Notes: generated by a model not told the origin, from the letters alone. Positions 49,725 through 59,708 are shown, counted from the stretch's first letter. The stretch is DNA of 64,000 nt from Spirochaetota bacterium (GCA_027858855.1 JAQIBV010000021.1:2816-66815), one strand, 5' to 3'. A program made the numbers and translations.

Positions 49725-50306
49725 ATGAAGAAATTATTGCTGCTTTTTGCTTTTTGTTTTATCACCTTTTCCTTATGGGCCGAACCCAACATTAACCAGA
49801 ATAGTTCAGAAAAAGCCGGAATGTCTTGGGGCTTGAAACTGATGCACCTCGATTTTGAAAAAAGTGATTTTTATATTGCAAGTCTCCCCGCCTTTGAGTA
49901 CCAATCACAACTCTTTATTAAAGGACTCAATTTATACACAGCCACAAATATCACATGGGGACTTAGTGATTTTTTCATGGATTTTGGTTTTGGCACAGGA
50001 CTTCGATATTATCCATTAGGTAACCGAAGTCTCAGCTTTTATGCTGGAGGGGAAGCTGCAACTTTTTTCTTTAACAATGCAACTCTGACCGGCAGAGTTG
50101 GTTCTGACATTGATTTTAATATAAATCATGAATCGAGTGTTTTTTTAGGGGCGGAGTTGTTTCAAAGAAAAGTTTATCGCTTAGTGGAATATATTGATTC
50201 TAGCCACTGGTATATTTCATCCAGAGGGTGGGCTATTAACGGAGGGTTCAGAGTCCGCTTTAATCTCGTTGAGCGGGGATTAAAAGAACTTCCGAAAACC
50301 CTATAA
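49725..50306 (+). CDS. Exported protein, probable small outer-membrane beta-barrel
   Basis: Signal peptide; alternating beta-strand patterns (GLRYYP, GGFRVRF). Confidence 0.6.
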   Translation: MKKLLLLFAFCFITFSLWAEPNINQNSSEKAGMSWGLKLMHLDFEKSDFYIASLPAFEYQSQLFIKGLNLYTATNITWGLSDFFMDFGFGTGLRYYPLGNRSLSFYAGGEAATFFFNNATLTGRVGSDIDFNINHESSVFLGAELFQRKVYRLVEYIDSSHWYISSRGWAINGGFRVRFNLVERGLKELPKTL

Positions 50307-50331
50307 GCCAAATTTTAAAAGTGAGCCCATA

Positions 50332-50745
50332 ATGATAAGAACAATACCTGTTTTACTTCTTATTACCTTAGTTTTTATGATATCATGTGAATCAACAGAA
50401 TTAGATCCTCAATTTGAAGTCGAGGATATCTTTCTCTCTGATATCATAAATATTGAAGCAGAACCCAGAACCGGTTTCTATTTTGTCTTCTCTCCTGAAA
50501 AAACAGCACTCTATACCATAGGTCTGTACGAACAGACCTGTGATTTTGACCTGACAATTGGCCTTTATGATGAAAGTGATTTATTTATAGACCAGGACGT
50601 TCTATACTCAAGTAAACACCCTTCGTTAATAGACGAACTTCTTGAAGACATTGAACTGGATAGTGATGTACAGTATCTGATAGAAGTCTGGAACTATTCT
50701 GATAATCAAGGAACAACCATACTTACAATCACGGAAAACGAATAA
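50332..50745 (+). CDS. Acidic lipoprotein (PPC-like beta-sandwich)
   Basis: Lipobox MISC; YTIGL, DFDL-LY, YLIEV patterns. Confidence 0.55.
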   Translation: MIRTIPVLLLITLVFMISCESTELDPQFEVEDIFLSDIINIEAEPRTGFYFVFSPEKTALYTIGLYEQTCDFDLTIGLYDESDLFIDQDVLYSSKHPSLIDELLEDIELDSDVQYLIEVWNYSDNQGTTILTITENE

Positions 50746-50748
50746 TAA

Positions 50749-52335
50749 ATGAAAAAACCATATATAATCACAACATATCTGTTTATATCTTCACTTCTTT
50801 TTGCAAATGGTGCTGAAATAGTCTATAAAAATTCCCACGAATACCGAATGATCGAATTCAATCTGATTGAAAAAGGCAAAGCTGCACCTGGAAACGGACA
50901 AGCTATAACACGCCAGGAATTATATTCACGATTTTCTAATAACGCTACACCTCAAAATAGCGGCTTTTCCCTCTCAGGAAATCTAACTGTAACGCCCTAT
51001 GGCGCTCTCTATTTCAGTCCCTACGCCTCTTATGATAAAGTCTATCCGCTTAAGATGGTCTATCTTCATGACCGAGCACCGAATATTCTAAAAGCAACAG
51101 GTTATCTTGCTCTTGACGACACCCTTTTTGCAAAATTTACATATGACATAGCCTCTACTTCTAAAACACTTTCAGACGGTCTTGGCACTATTCACCCTCT
51201 ATCAGCTGACTGTTATAACCCAACTGATTCCCCCAGTGAAGCCTATCTCTCTTATTCCCAAGAACACCTTAGCTTAACCATTGGACGATTCCAGGCTGGT
51301 ATTGGTCATGGCCTGATGGGAAATACTTTTCAGAACGGGCATGCTCCTTATTATGATCAACTGCAATTAAACATCTATAATCAAATGTTTAAGTTTTATT
51401 ACATGTTAGGATCATCCAATCATCAACTAAACAAAGACGAAAAATTTATTCAGGACAGAAGGTCTAACTTCTCTGATTATAGTAAGTCTTGGGGAGGCGC
51501 TTCTAACTCTCATCATAAATATTCTAAACCTGCAGATAATTACAAGGTGTTCGCCTTTCATCGAGTAGAAATTCATCCAACCGACAAGCTGACTCTTGGT
51601 GTTGGAGAAATGAATCTAATTGGCGGAAAGTTTCCAGACTTTAATCAGATAAACCCTCTTACTGTTTACCACAACACCTACGACCCTGATTATCGAAGTT
51701 ACACCTTTTCATTCGACACAACATATGTGCCTACAGCCCGGCACCTTTTATTTAGCGAGTTATTAATAAATGAAATCCGGGCTCCAGGTGAGCGTAACGA
51801 AGATCCAACCGCTTTAGGAGGGCAAATTGGCTACTGGTATATTTTACCAATTCAGGGAACAACAAAACATCGTATTGCCATCGAAGCTACACATATTAAT
51901 ACCTGGACCTACTCAGATGCAGTTCCCTATTTAACAATGTATCAGCGTCAATACCGAAGTCAGTTTGTTTATGACATTCCACTGGGTTATAGTTTTGGTG
52001 GGGACTGTGAGCAATTTTCAATAATCTATACATTGATATCCTCAAAAGGGTCAATGGTAGATATATCGCTTTCACATCTGGCAAAAGGAGAGGTTAATTT
52101 TCTGGCATTAGAAGATAACACCATGCCCTACGAAAAGGCCCGAAAATGGCAGGCTCGCCCCTCCGGAACTGTAGAAAGATGGAACTCTATTGATATTGAT
52201 GCTGAAATTAAACTGGACTCTTCAAAAAGTTTACAGACCACAGCTAACTATAGCTACATCCAAAACTTTAATCACGAAAATAGCAATAACCGTCATCTGT
52301 TCTTTTTAGCTTCAGGGATTTCCTGGCATTTCTGA
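50749..52335 (+). CDS. Outer-membrane beta-barrel, capsule assembly Wzi-like
   Basis: Signal peptide; EAYLS, IGR---G-G, HR-E, INP, PLGY--G-D; C-terminal WHF barrel signal. Confidence 0.65.
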   Translation: MKKPYIITTYLFISSLLFANGAEIVYKNSHEYRMIEFNLIEKGKAAPGNGQAITRQELYSRFSNNATPQNSGFSLSGNLTVTPYGALYFSPYASYDKVYPLKMVYLHDRAPNILKATGYLALDDTLFAKFTYDIASTSKTLSDGLGTIHPLSADCYNPTDSPSEAYLSYSQEHLSLTIGRFQAGIGHGLMGNTFQNGHAPYYDQLQLNIYNQMFKFYYMLGSSNHQLNKDEKFIQDRRSNFSDYSKSWGGASNSHHKYSKPADNYKVFAFHRVEIHPTDKLTLGVGEMNLIGGKFPDFNQINPLTVYHNTYDPDYRSYTFSFDTTYVPTARHLLFSELLINEIRAPGERNEDPTALGGQIGYWYILPIQGTTKHRIAIEATHINTWTYSDAVPYLTMYQRQYRSQFVYDIPLGYSFGGDCEQFSIIYTLISSKGSMVDISLSHLAKGEVNFLALEDNTMPYEKARKWQARPSGTVERWNSIDIDAEIKLDSSKSLQTTANYSYIQNFNHENSNNRHLFFLASGISWHF

Positions 52336-52411
52336 TAAATTTTATATGAATCTACACTTTCTGCTGTGTGATTTAATTTATAAAAACTGCTGTTTTCATT
52401 ATGGCTCTTGC

Positions 52412-53269
52412 TTATAAATCTAAATTTCCGGGAATTTTATTTTTTCCAGAAGCACTATTCGCAAGTACTTCCTGATAATAGTCTAAAAGCTTTTGCTGGT
52501 TCTCCTCTTTCCAGAATGCTGCGGAATGCTTGCAATCAAACGTCCAGAACTCTTTCTCTTTTGTAGGTATTTGGCTGAATATCTGCTGGCCAAGAAAATA
52601 AGGAACTGTAGTGTCCTGCCTGCAATGTGAAACAAGTACACTATTTTCACGTAACTTTGGATAGGTTCTGAACGGTTCGTACAAATCACTAATTACAATT
52701 GAACCTATTGGTATTTTAACATAAAACTGACCATGATAATCAGCAACATCACGGTAGGATGGGAAAGTACAGTCTAGATGAATCAGACTGATTGCATCAA
52801 TACTATCAAAACCATCCAGACTGCTGGAAAGTACAGCACCTCCCAACGATTGTCCAAGAGTAATCAACGGTAAGTCTGATTCAATAGCCAGTTGATGTGC
52901 ATAATTGAGCATGGCAATACCATCTTTATAGAGAGAACTCCGGGATGCTGCACCCTCCGACTTGCCGTATCCGCTGTAATCAAATACAATATATGTATAG
53001 CCTGACTCATATAAAAAGAAGAACGTTCGATATAAATATGAGATATTACGTGAATTACCATGAAAAAAGAGAACCACAGCCTTAGGATTATCCGGCTGAA
53101 AAACAAAGGTGTGAAGCCTGTTTCCGCTAGAAGAGGCAACAAAGAGCTCCTTCTGACGAGGAGGAATCGGTTTTGAAGAGAACTCTTTTTTTGGATAATA
53201 AAATAGAGAATCACACGAAACAATACAAAAAAACAGAACAAGAATAAGAAACCCCAACACATACCTCAT
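52412..53269 (-). CDS. Alpha/beta hydrolase lipoprotein
   Basis: FFHGN, DYSGYGKSEG, GQSLGG nucleophile elbow; lipobox IVSC. Confidence 0.88.
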   Translation of the reverse strand: MRYVLGFLILVLFFCIVSCDSLFYYPKKEFSSKPIPPRQKELFVASSSGNRLHTFVFQPDNPKAVVLFFHGNSRNISYLYRTFFFLYESGYTYIVFDYSGYGKSEGAASRSSLYKDGIAMLNYAHQLAIESDLPLITLGQSLGGAVLSSSLDGFDSIDAISLIHLDCTFPSYRDVADYHGQFYVKIPIGSIVISDLYEPFRTYPKLRENSVLVSHCRQDTTVPYFLGQQIFSQIPTKEKEFWTFDCKHSAAFWKEENQQKLLDYYQEVLANSASGKNKIPGNLDL

Positions 53270-53465
53270 ATTTTCTTCACCACCAATTCATCTGGATTCA
53301 ATGATACTTCTTCAATTCTTTCCATCATCTTTTATCAAACAAGTGTTTATTTTGTAATAAACCCTCTTTAATCATTTAATGCTAATAAAATCTACAAAAA
53401 TTAATAATTGACAATCATCTGTTTACCCATATCTTTTTTATGGGCGCTTTTCAAGGGAGGGAATC

Positions 53466-54089
53466 ATGAGAATAAATACGGAAATGAATACCCGTGTACA
53501 GGGGTATGAAACAAAAAAAAACAATGTGTCTGTTTCTTCCGAAAACAGACCTGTACAGAAGCAAAATGCTACACAAGGTGGAAACGTGCGTGACATGTCA
53601 AACGCCTTAATGATTATGCAAAAAGCTCAGGTAATCGTTCAAAGAGCCTTAACAGCTTCATCCCGTCTGCAGAATATGGCAATGGGTACCATTACCAGTA
53701 ATCCAGCGGAATATGAACAGATAGGCCAAGAGCTTCGTTCGGTAAATGCATCACTGGAGGGATTCAGTGTTCCGGTTACTGCTCTTCCGGCAGCACGCGA
53801 AATTGCTTCAAATGAAATTCCTCAAATGAGGGAAAACATGCAGGCATTAACTCAGGTGGCAGATAATCAGGCCAGAGGTAATGACCAGACTCAACAGTTA
53901 AAGCAGATATCCGGAAATTTTCGAAATCAGGCAGATAGAATTGAAGCTTTGGAGGACCGGATCGGTACAACCTATGGTGCTCGAAAAGCCTCTGTTTCAG
54001 ATGTTGCAGGTCTTATAAGCTCGAACGCACAGGCAGCAATCAGCGCTCAGGGTAATATTCAAGCTGAGCGGGTAGGCAATTTAATTTAG
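53466..54089 (+). CDS. Short divergent flagellin-like protein
   Basis: MRINT N-terminus; NVRDMSNALMIMQKAQ...SRLQNMA resembles the flagellin N-domain; AAISAQGNIQAERVGNLI resembles the flagellin C-terminus; strong GGGAGG SD. Confidence 0.6.
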   Translation: MRINTEMNTRVQGYETKKNNVSVSSENRPVQKQNATQGGNVRDMSNALMIMQKAQVIVQRALTASSRLQNMAMGTITSNPAEYEQIGQELRSVNASLEGFSVPVTALPAAREIASNEIPQMRENMQALTQVADNQARGNDQTQQLKQISGNFRNQADRIEALEDRIGTTYGARKASVSDVAGLISSNAQAAISAQGNIQAERVGNLI

Positions 54090-54202
54090 GGTAATATTAC
54101 TAGAGAAATTCGGAAAAATACCAAAGAATTTTCAACAAGAAACAATCGGATTTTACAGGTAATCTGCAAAATCCGATATTTACTTATTATGGTAGGGAAA
54201 AA

Positions 54203-54610
54203 ATGCAGATTTTTGACGGATTTATTGCGGCCATTGCCGCAGAATTTAACATTAGGTTTCACAAAAAAGAAGAAGGCTCTTACATAACAACTATTGAATT
54301 TGAAAACGACAGGCAAAAAGAGGTTCTTGTTATGCTCTCCTGGGATGAGGCAGAAGACAGAATGATCCACTTCTACTCTTCTGTTGCTTCTTTTAAGGCC
54401 GATGATGGTGAGCTTTTCAAATACGCCCTGGAAACGAATGCGACACTCGACTACGCGGCCCTATCTATCATCGAAGACTCACTTGTCCTTAGAGGGGCTC
54501 TTCTTCTAGAGGAGTGTGAACCAAAACGATTTATGAAATCTTTAGTTTATATTGCAGCTAAGTCTGATGAACTTGTGGAACTTCTTCTGGAAAAACAGAT
54601 GGTAGACTAG
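54203..54610 (+). CDS. CesT/YbjN-like (type III chaperone-fold) protein
   Basis: 135 aa, acidic; R-Q-V, YS-V, ALETNATLDYAALSI, IAAKSDELVE-L. Confidence 0.7.
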   Translation: MQIFDGFIAAIAAEFNIRFHKKEEGSYITTIEFENDRQKEVLVMLSWDEAEDRMIHFYSSVASFKADDGELFKYALETNATLDYAALSIIEDSLVLRGALLLEECEPKRFMKSLVYIAAKSDELVELLLEKQMVD

Positions 54611-54906
54611 CCGCATCATCATGAAAGAAAAAACACTTTATCACTCTGGATTTATTTGCTGGTTCTCTATACTAAATTGAAGTCCCATTTGCAGGATCAG
54701 ATCAAAAAGCGGGCAGACTACGAGAAAGGGTTCACCTTTTGACGCAAAAAAAAGTAGCTATCCTCCGAAGCATTGTTGTTATAGTAAAGGATACCAGTGA
54801 TCATTATGAAGTTATCGCCTAAATTTAAACGACGACTAAACCATAGAAACGCCGATCATAATCCAATATGGTACCGCTAATAAATTTTTTTGGAGTTGTA
54901 ACTAAA

Positions 54907-56091
54907 ATGAAATATTTAGCGTATGTCTCTTTTTTACTTATTTTTACTATTATTACATCCTGCTCGTCTGGACTGATAGTCGGTGGATCCTCCACAAAAA
55001 CCGCTATTGGTTCTGCCCAAATAATCAATAATAACCAAAATAGAGCCAAGCAAGAAGCAATTAATAATGCTCTTCATAACATTATTAAAGACAGCCTTAA
55101 GCAGGAAGAATTGCTGTTAAAATATAGGCTCGTTGAGACCATTGTTCCCGCTGAAAAAAGTGGAATGATTATCAGCTGGTCTCTTGAAGACGAAAAAGAT
55201 AAGGATGGATTTTATTTTGTAAAAGTCAGAGGTAAAGTAAACCAGGAAAAGGTACGATCAACAATAACCAATACTTTTTTAAAATACGGGTCTCCACGCG
55301 TGGCTGTTGTAGTTAAAGAAACAATCGAAGAAAACCCCTCTAATCCATTCGATTCAATGGCAACCGCCATTATTTTGACACTTTTAAAGGATGCAGGCAT
55401 AGAGTGTGTAGAGAATTCTCAACTTATTGCTTTAACTGATAAAGAAAAAAAAGAACTAAGCACAATAGTCGGAGGGAAGGTTGGTTTAACAAATCAGGAT
55501 TTTCTTAATGAAACTCTCAAAGCCGATATACTCGTTACCGGTTCAGTGGAAATCTCAGATCAGACTGAAGTTCTTGATGACTATAATTCTAAAATGAAAT
55601 CGAAGATAGCACTTGTTAATCTTCGAGCTATTGATACAACAACCGGAAGAATTCTTGCAGCTGCATCAGAATCAGGCACCGGAGTGCATATCAACGACAA
55701 ACTGGCACACCAAAACGCGCTTAAAGCTGCTCTTTCTCATCCATCGCTATTAGGAGCCGAATCGATACAAGCTGGCAGGTTTATCAGAAACATCATCACT
55801 GCGTATATACTAACCACCGTCAACCGCGAAATATCGGTAACGACCATTGGCTTGGATAAGAAAGAGACTCAACTCTTTTACGATAAACTTGCTGAGCATA
55901 TCTATGGCATTACACCAAAAGACGAACCGAAGCCGTCAAACGGATCAACAACACTTACTGTACAATATACCGGTGAAAGCAAACGCCTTGCCTCAGAGAT
56001 AATTGATCTCAATAAGAAACTTGGTTATAATATAAAAGTCGAGTCTATCAAAACCAGAGAAATAATTATCCGGGTTACTCCCGCAGAATAA
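54907..56091 (+). CDS. Lipoprotein with FlgT-N/LPP20-like N-terminal domain and CsgG/TolB-like central domain
   Basis: Lipobox ITSC; TAIGSAQI---N---AKQEAINNAL; PRVAVVV, ADILVTG, LRAIDTTTGRILA. Confidence 0.6.
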   Translation: MKYLAYVSFLLIFTIITSCSSGLIVGGSSTKTAIGSAQIINNNQNRAKQEAINNALHNIIKDSLKQEELLLKYRLVETIVPAEKSGMIISWSLEDEKDKDGFYFVKVRGKVNQEKVRSTITNTFLKYGSPRVAVVVKETIEENPSNPFDSMATAIILTLLKDAGIECVENSQLIALTDKEKKELSTIVGGKVGLTNQDFLNETLKADILVTGSVEISDQTEVLDDYNSKMKSKIALVNLRAIDTTTGRILAAASESGTGVHINDKLAHQNALKAALSHPSLLGAESIQAGRFIRNIITAYILTTVNREISVTTIGLDKKETQLFYDKLAEHIYGITPKDEPKPSNGSTTLTVQYTGESKRLASEIIDLNKKLGYNIKVESIKTREIIIRVTPAE

Positions 56092-56163
56092 AGATCATTC
56101 AGCAACGTAAACACCTACAAGAAATTAAAAGCTCGACTATTAAAAGTGATTTCTATTTGCTAT

Positions 56164-58203
56164 TCATAAACCGAACTTTTTCACAAGGTATACGGTGTTT
56201 CCACCATTATTATATTCGATCGTATCAAATATTGTTTCAGCCATCTTAATCCCTCGCCCATTAAAGAGTTCCTTTTTATACGCTTGTGTAGAATAGTCCT
56301 TATAATCAAAACCACTGCCATTATCTGAAATCCAGTATTCAGCCTTTGAGGAAGTAATAGAATAGCTCACCGTTACCGTGGTGTTTTTATACTTTTCTGA
56401 AAGCTGTCTTTCAGAAACTAAGTGGTAATATGAATTTTCACGAAGCGCCTTTGATTTCTCTTCAAAAGAGATATTCAGATTACCATGCTCTATTGAATTA
56501 ATAATTATTTCGCGCAGCCCTACTCTAAGAATATTAATTTCACGTGCTGGTAAGTACTTAACAAGATTACGTGTGATACGATGGGTTAAGTCTTCAGTTA
56601 AAGAAATAAGATTTGGCAATTTATATGTTTGTTTTTCCTCTTCAAAGTATTTTACAAGTTCATCTTGATTAATAACAATAATTCGTCCCATAATTTCTAT
56701 TTTATCACCAAATTTCATTATCTGACAATTCAAAATCGCATTTATTGGTTCCGTAGAGTTTATAGATTTAAGTTGTATCCTCAATGAAAGCGGTTCCCCG
56801 GTTTCAATCATCAATTCAAGACGCTCTGTAAGGATATTTAAAGCTAACCTGTCTTTGTCTGACTCCTGGTACAATATCGACCGAATAGTAATATCATTTT
56901 GAAGCAGAGAACCTGTGTTTTTTTTCATTGCCCTATTCATACTTAAAACGGTATAATCTGAGTCCATTGTGAAAATCAAATCCTTCGATGACTCGACAAG
57001 TATTCTGTATTTTTTTTCTGATAATGCTAAATTATTATAGGCCAGCAGAAGATTAGTATGGAAAACTTTAACTTGCTGATTCAGATTACTGAACCGCTTA
57101 AACACTAGGTACAAATTACAACCAAGAAACAGAAAAAAACCGACACTCAAAAGATATATTGGCATAGGAAAGCCGAAATAATGCGCGAATAGATCTATCA
57201 TTCCAAACATACTAAGCAATAAGGCGCCTGTTATAATAACTTTAATCTCTTTTTTACTATTTCGAAATTGCTTAACAGTTAAAAACATAAAGAAATTGGC
57301 TCCGGGCAATATAGCAATTGCAAAATACTGAAAAGACTTTTCATAACTGAAAAGCTTGAATGAAGCCATAATTGGAACTAAAAATGCATATAACCAATAC
57401 AAACCTAAAATGGCTTGTTTGGTTATTTTATACCCTTTAATTAATTCAGAAATATAGCTGAAAAGAAATAATGCAAAAAGGTAAATTGAGGCACAATGTA
57501 TAAAAAACAGCGCCTGGTTATACTCGGGAGGAAAGAGAGAATAGACAGCTCTTGAACGGAAAACAACAAAAAGAGAAAAGAAAATCGACATCAACCCAAC
57601 AGTTCCATAAAGAGAATCTCGACTGTAAAAACAATAAAACAGAATTAGGGTCAAACCTATAAAAAAGATAATGATGCTTTGCAAATAACTTAAAAATTGA
57701 GACCTGTTGACTTGTGTTATTACAGCAGATTTCGTACCTACTAAAACTGTTTCATAAAGACCAATTGTATGCTGTCTGGAATAGATATGTAAATAAATTT
57801 CGTCACAATTAGTCGGCAGATCAATGTAATGATCGGGAGAACCTATAAATTTCCCCCCATCTGTCACATCGCCGAATTTATATATCTTTCTACCATTTAC
57901 GAATATTTCAAGGTTATGATCTACACGCTGGAGATATAAAACTTCATGTGGTAAATCTGCGTAAGGCACCTTAAGGCGTATCCAGAGATGCGAATTCATT
58001 TTTGACGGCATCTGAAGGTTCGTAAATGATTGCCATTGTAAAGTGCTCATTTTCTTCTTGAACTCTTCCGAAGTTATCCCTTCAGATAAAGCAACATCGC
58101 TATTATAATAGAAACCTTCACCTAAACTTTCAACTACAGAACCATACAGCAGAGATGTCGTGAAGATAAATAGAAAAAGTAAACCGTGAATAATTATTTT
58201 CAA
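56164..58203 (-). CDS. Membrane sensor: extracellular domain, 7TM, PAS, RsbW-type HATPase (anti-sigma/Ser kinase-like)
   Basis: 7TM-DISM-like layout; SEKKYRILVE PAS start; LREIIINSIEHGN, ISDNGSGFD, GRGI, YNNGGN; no HisKA H-box. Confidence 0.78.
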   Translation of the reverse strand: MKIIIHGLLFLFIFTTSLLYGSVVESLGEGFYYNSDVALSEGITSEEFKKKMSTLQWQSFTNLQMPSKMNSHLWIRLKVPYADLPHEVLYLQRVDHNLEIFVNGRKIYKFGDVTDGGKFIGSPDHYIDLPTNCDEIYLHIYSRQHTIGLYETVLVGTKSAVITQVNRSQFLSYLQSIIIFFIGLTLILFYCFYSRDSLYGTVGLMSIFFSLFVVFRSRAVYSLFPPEYNQALFFIHCASIYLFALFLFSYISELIKGYKITKQAILGLYWLYAFLVPIMASFKLFSYEKSFQYFAIAILPGANFFMFLTVKQFRNSKKEIKVIITGALLLSMFGMIDLFAHYFGFPMPIYLLSVGFFLFLGCNLYLVFKRFSNLNQQVKVFHTNLLLAYNNLALSEKKYRILVESSKDLIFTMDSDYTVLSMNRAMKKNTGSLLQNDITIRSILYQESDKDRLALNILTERLELMIETGEPLSLRIQLKSINSTEPINAILNCQIMKFGDKIEIMGRIIVINQDELVKYFEEEKQTYKLPNLISLTEDLTHRITRNLVKYLPAREINILRVGLREIIINSIEHGNLNISFEEKSKALRENSYYHLVSERQLSEKYKNTTVTVSYSITSSKAEYWISDNGSGFDYKDYSTQAYKKELFNGRGIKMAETIFDTIEYNNGGNTVYLVKKFGL

Positions 58204-58604
58204 TAACTGGCCTCAAATTGAAAAGATCTTTGAAGTAGACAGATAGAATCCCACTTCAACTACAAACCAGCTTAAAAGTATATAAAAACGATGTTAAAAT
58301 CAAATTAATTGAGACCCAGTTTAAAACAGAAAATTCGAGAGAGAATATAAGGTTTTCTTTTCAATAGAAAAAAGAAGACGGAAGAGGACGAGGAGAAGGG
58401 TTATTCCCAAGAGAGAGACTTTTGTTAATAAAGCAGTTTTCATAGTTTGCAGATTATATTACTATCAGTAATTTTAAAATCGAATTTAACAATCTGCTAC
58501 AAATGTTCATATCAATGTATTTTTGATATCACTTAAAAATGCATTTTGCCAGGTAAAGTTTCTTTAAGAATAGGTCCAATATTATAGGAGCTTTTAGAAG
58601 AGCC

Positions 58605-59708
58605 CTACTTGTTAAACTTTAAAAGATCTTTCATTGAAAGACTTTTTTTTGCATCTGTCTGTTTCAGTTTTGATGGCAAATAGGCATCATTATAAAATTG
58701 TGCTACTTTAAACACCGCATGATCTTTCATCTTTTTATTAATTTTTACCTGAAGATTGTATTCTTTTTTTCGAAAACCGCGATTCAGAATATGAAGAACA
58801 TCCGATACATTTTGCGCAAAATGACGACTGTAAACAAAACTAAAGGCCAGCACAATAATGATAATTATGAAAAAATATTGGATCTGTAAAAATGATGTTT
58901 TTGCCCTGACAGGAAGAAGAGAGAAATAAAATATAAATCCTTTGTAACTGACAATCCTTATATCATCTGCTGTATGATGCAAAGCAACATGCTCGTCATT
59001 AAACGGATATAGGTCTTCATCCTGATACATAACCCTCAAAAGATCATTTTTGTTTTTAAAATGAAGCCGAGCACTCTCTTTGACTGTTAGAATTGTATCC
59101 TGTTCAATCTCTAAAATGGTATCTACAGTCTGCTTATGGTTTTCAATTTTATCAGTCATCATGGACTCAAAAGGATTAACAAACAGAGCAGAAAAAATTA
59201 TGAGAGATATTATTATAGAAAATACTGCTGTTGTAGTAATAACAGAAACATGGTGTTGAGCCATTTGAGACTCAGTATTATGAATTTTGCCGAATATTTT
59301 TACAATACGTATAAGACGCAATACCCGGGTCACCCGTATTGCCTTAACTACCTTTAATGCATTTAAAATTCCAACTCCAGCCACGGCACCTTTTATATCA
59401 CCATAAAGAAGAATATATAATGATGGCCCTGAATTTAACAACAACAACGGTAAAGAGCTTAGAAAATCTATCCATCCTCTGCGATAAGCAAAATAGTCCA
59501 CAAACTTCTTCTGAGTCGCATTCGCAATCGACCGTGTTATAAACTCAATAGAAAAAATCAGATCGAAAGTAAAACCTGAAATAAGAAGTATATTGCGCCA
59601 CTCTACGCTCCATGAGCGCATAACACTAAAGTCATCTAAAAATGTCTGGATTAGAACCAGAACGATACAGATAAAAATAAAATTTTCTAAAACAGGATGT
59701 TTCTTCAT
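58605..59708 (-). CDS. Voltage-sensor-domain (Ion_trans S1-S4) membrane protein without a pore domain
   Basis: S2 IFSIEFITR, S3 GWIDFLSSLP, S4 KVVKAIRVTRVLRLIRIVK; then TM, ~95-aa loop, TM and HAMP-like tail. Start set at MKKHPV. Confidence 0.82.
   Translation of the reverse strand: MKKHPVLENFIFICIVLVLIQTFLDDFSVMRSWSVEWRNILLISGFTFDLIFSIEFITRSIANATQKKFVDYFAYRRGWIDFLSSLPLLLLNSGPSLYILLYGDIKGAVAGVGILNALKVVKAIRVTRVLRLIRIVKIFGKIHNTESQMAQHHVSVITTTAVFSIIISLIIFSALFVNPFESMMTDKIENHKQTVDTILEIEQDTILTVKESARLHFKNKNDLLRVMYQDEDLYPFNDEHVALHHTADDIRIVSYKGFIFYFSLLPVRAKTSFLQIQYFFIIIIIVLAFSFVYSRHFAQNVSDVLHILNRGFRKKEYNLQVKINKKMKDHAVFKVAQFYNDAYLPSKLKQTDAKKSLSMKDLLKFNK

Noticed and set aside
52367..52382. CRP-like site TGTGA-N6-TTATA, of interest given cyaA
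   Set aside because: Imperfect, and it lies between convergent gene ends rather than in a promoter.
54611..54822. LDLFAG and RERV strings suggesting a C5 DNA methyltransferase remnant; also an open frame continuing past the TAG of the CesT-like gene
   Set aside because: The matches are very short, the spacing is wrong, there is no PC motif and an internal stop; nothing supports read-through.
54836..54858. Sigma-28-like TAAA...GCCGATCA upstream of the FlgT-like gene
   Set aside because: Spacing is 10 nt rather than about 15.
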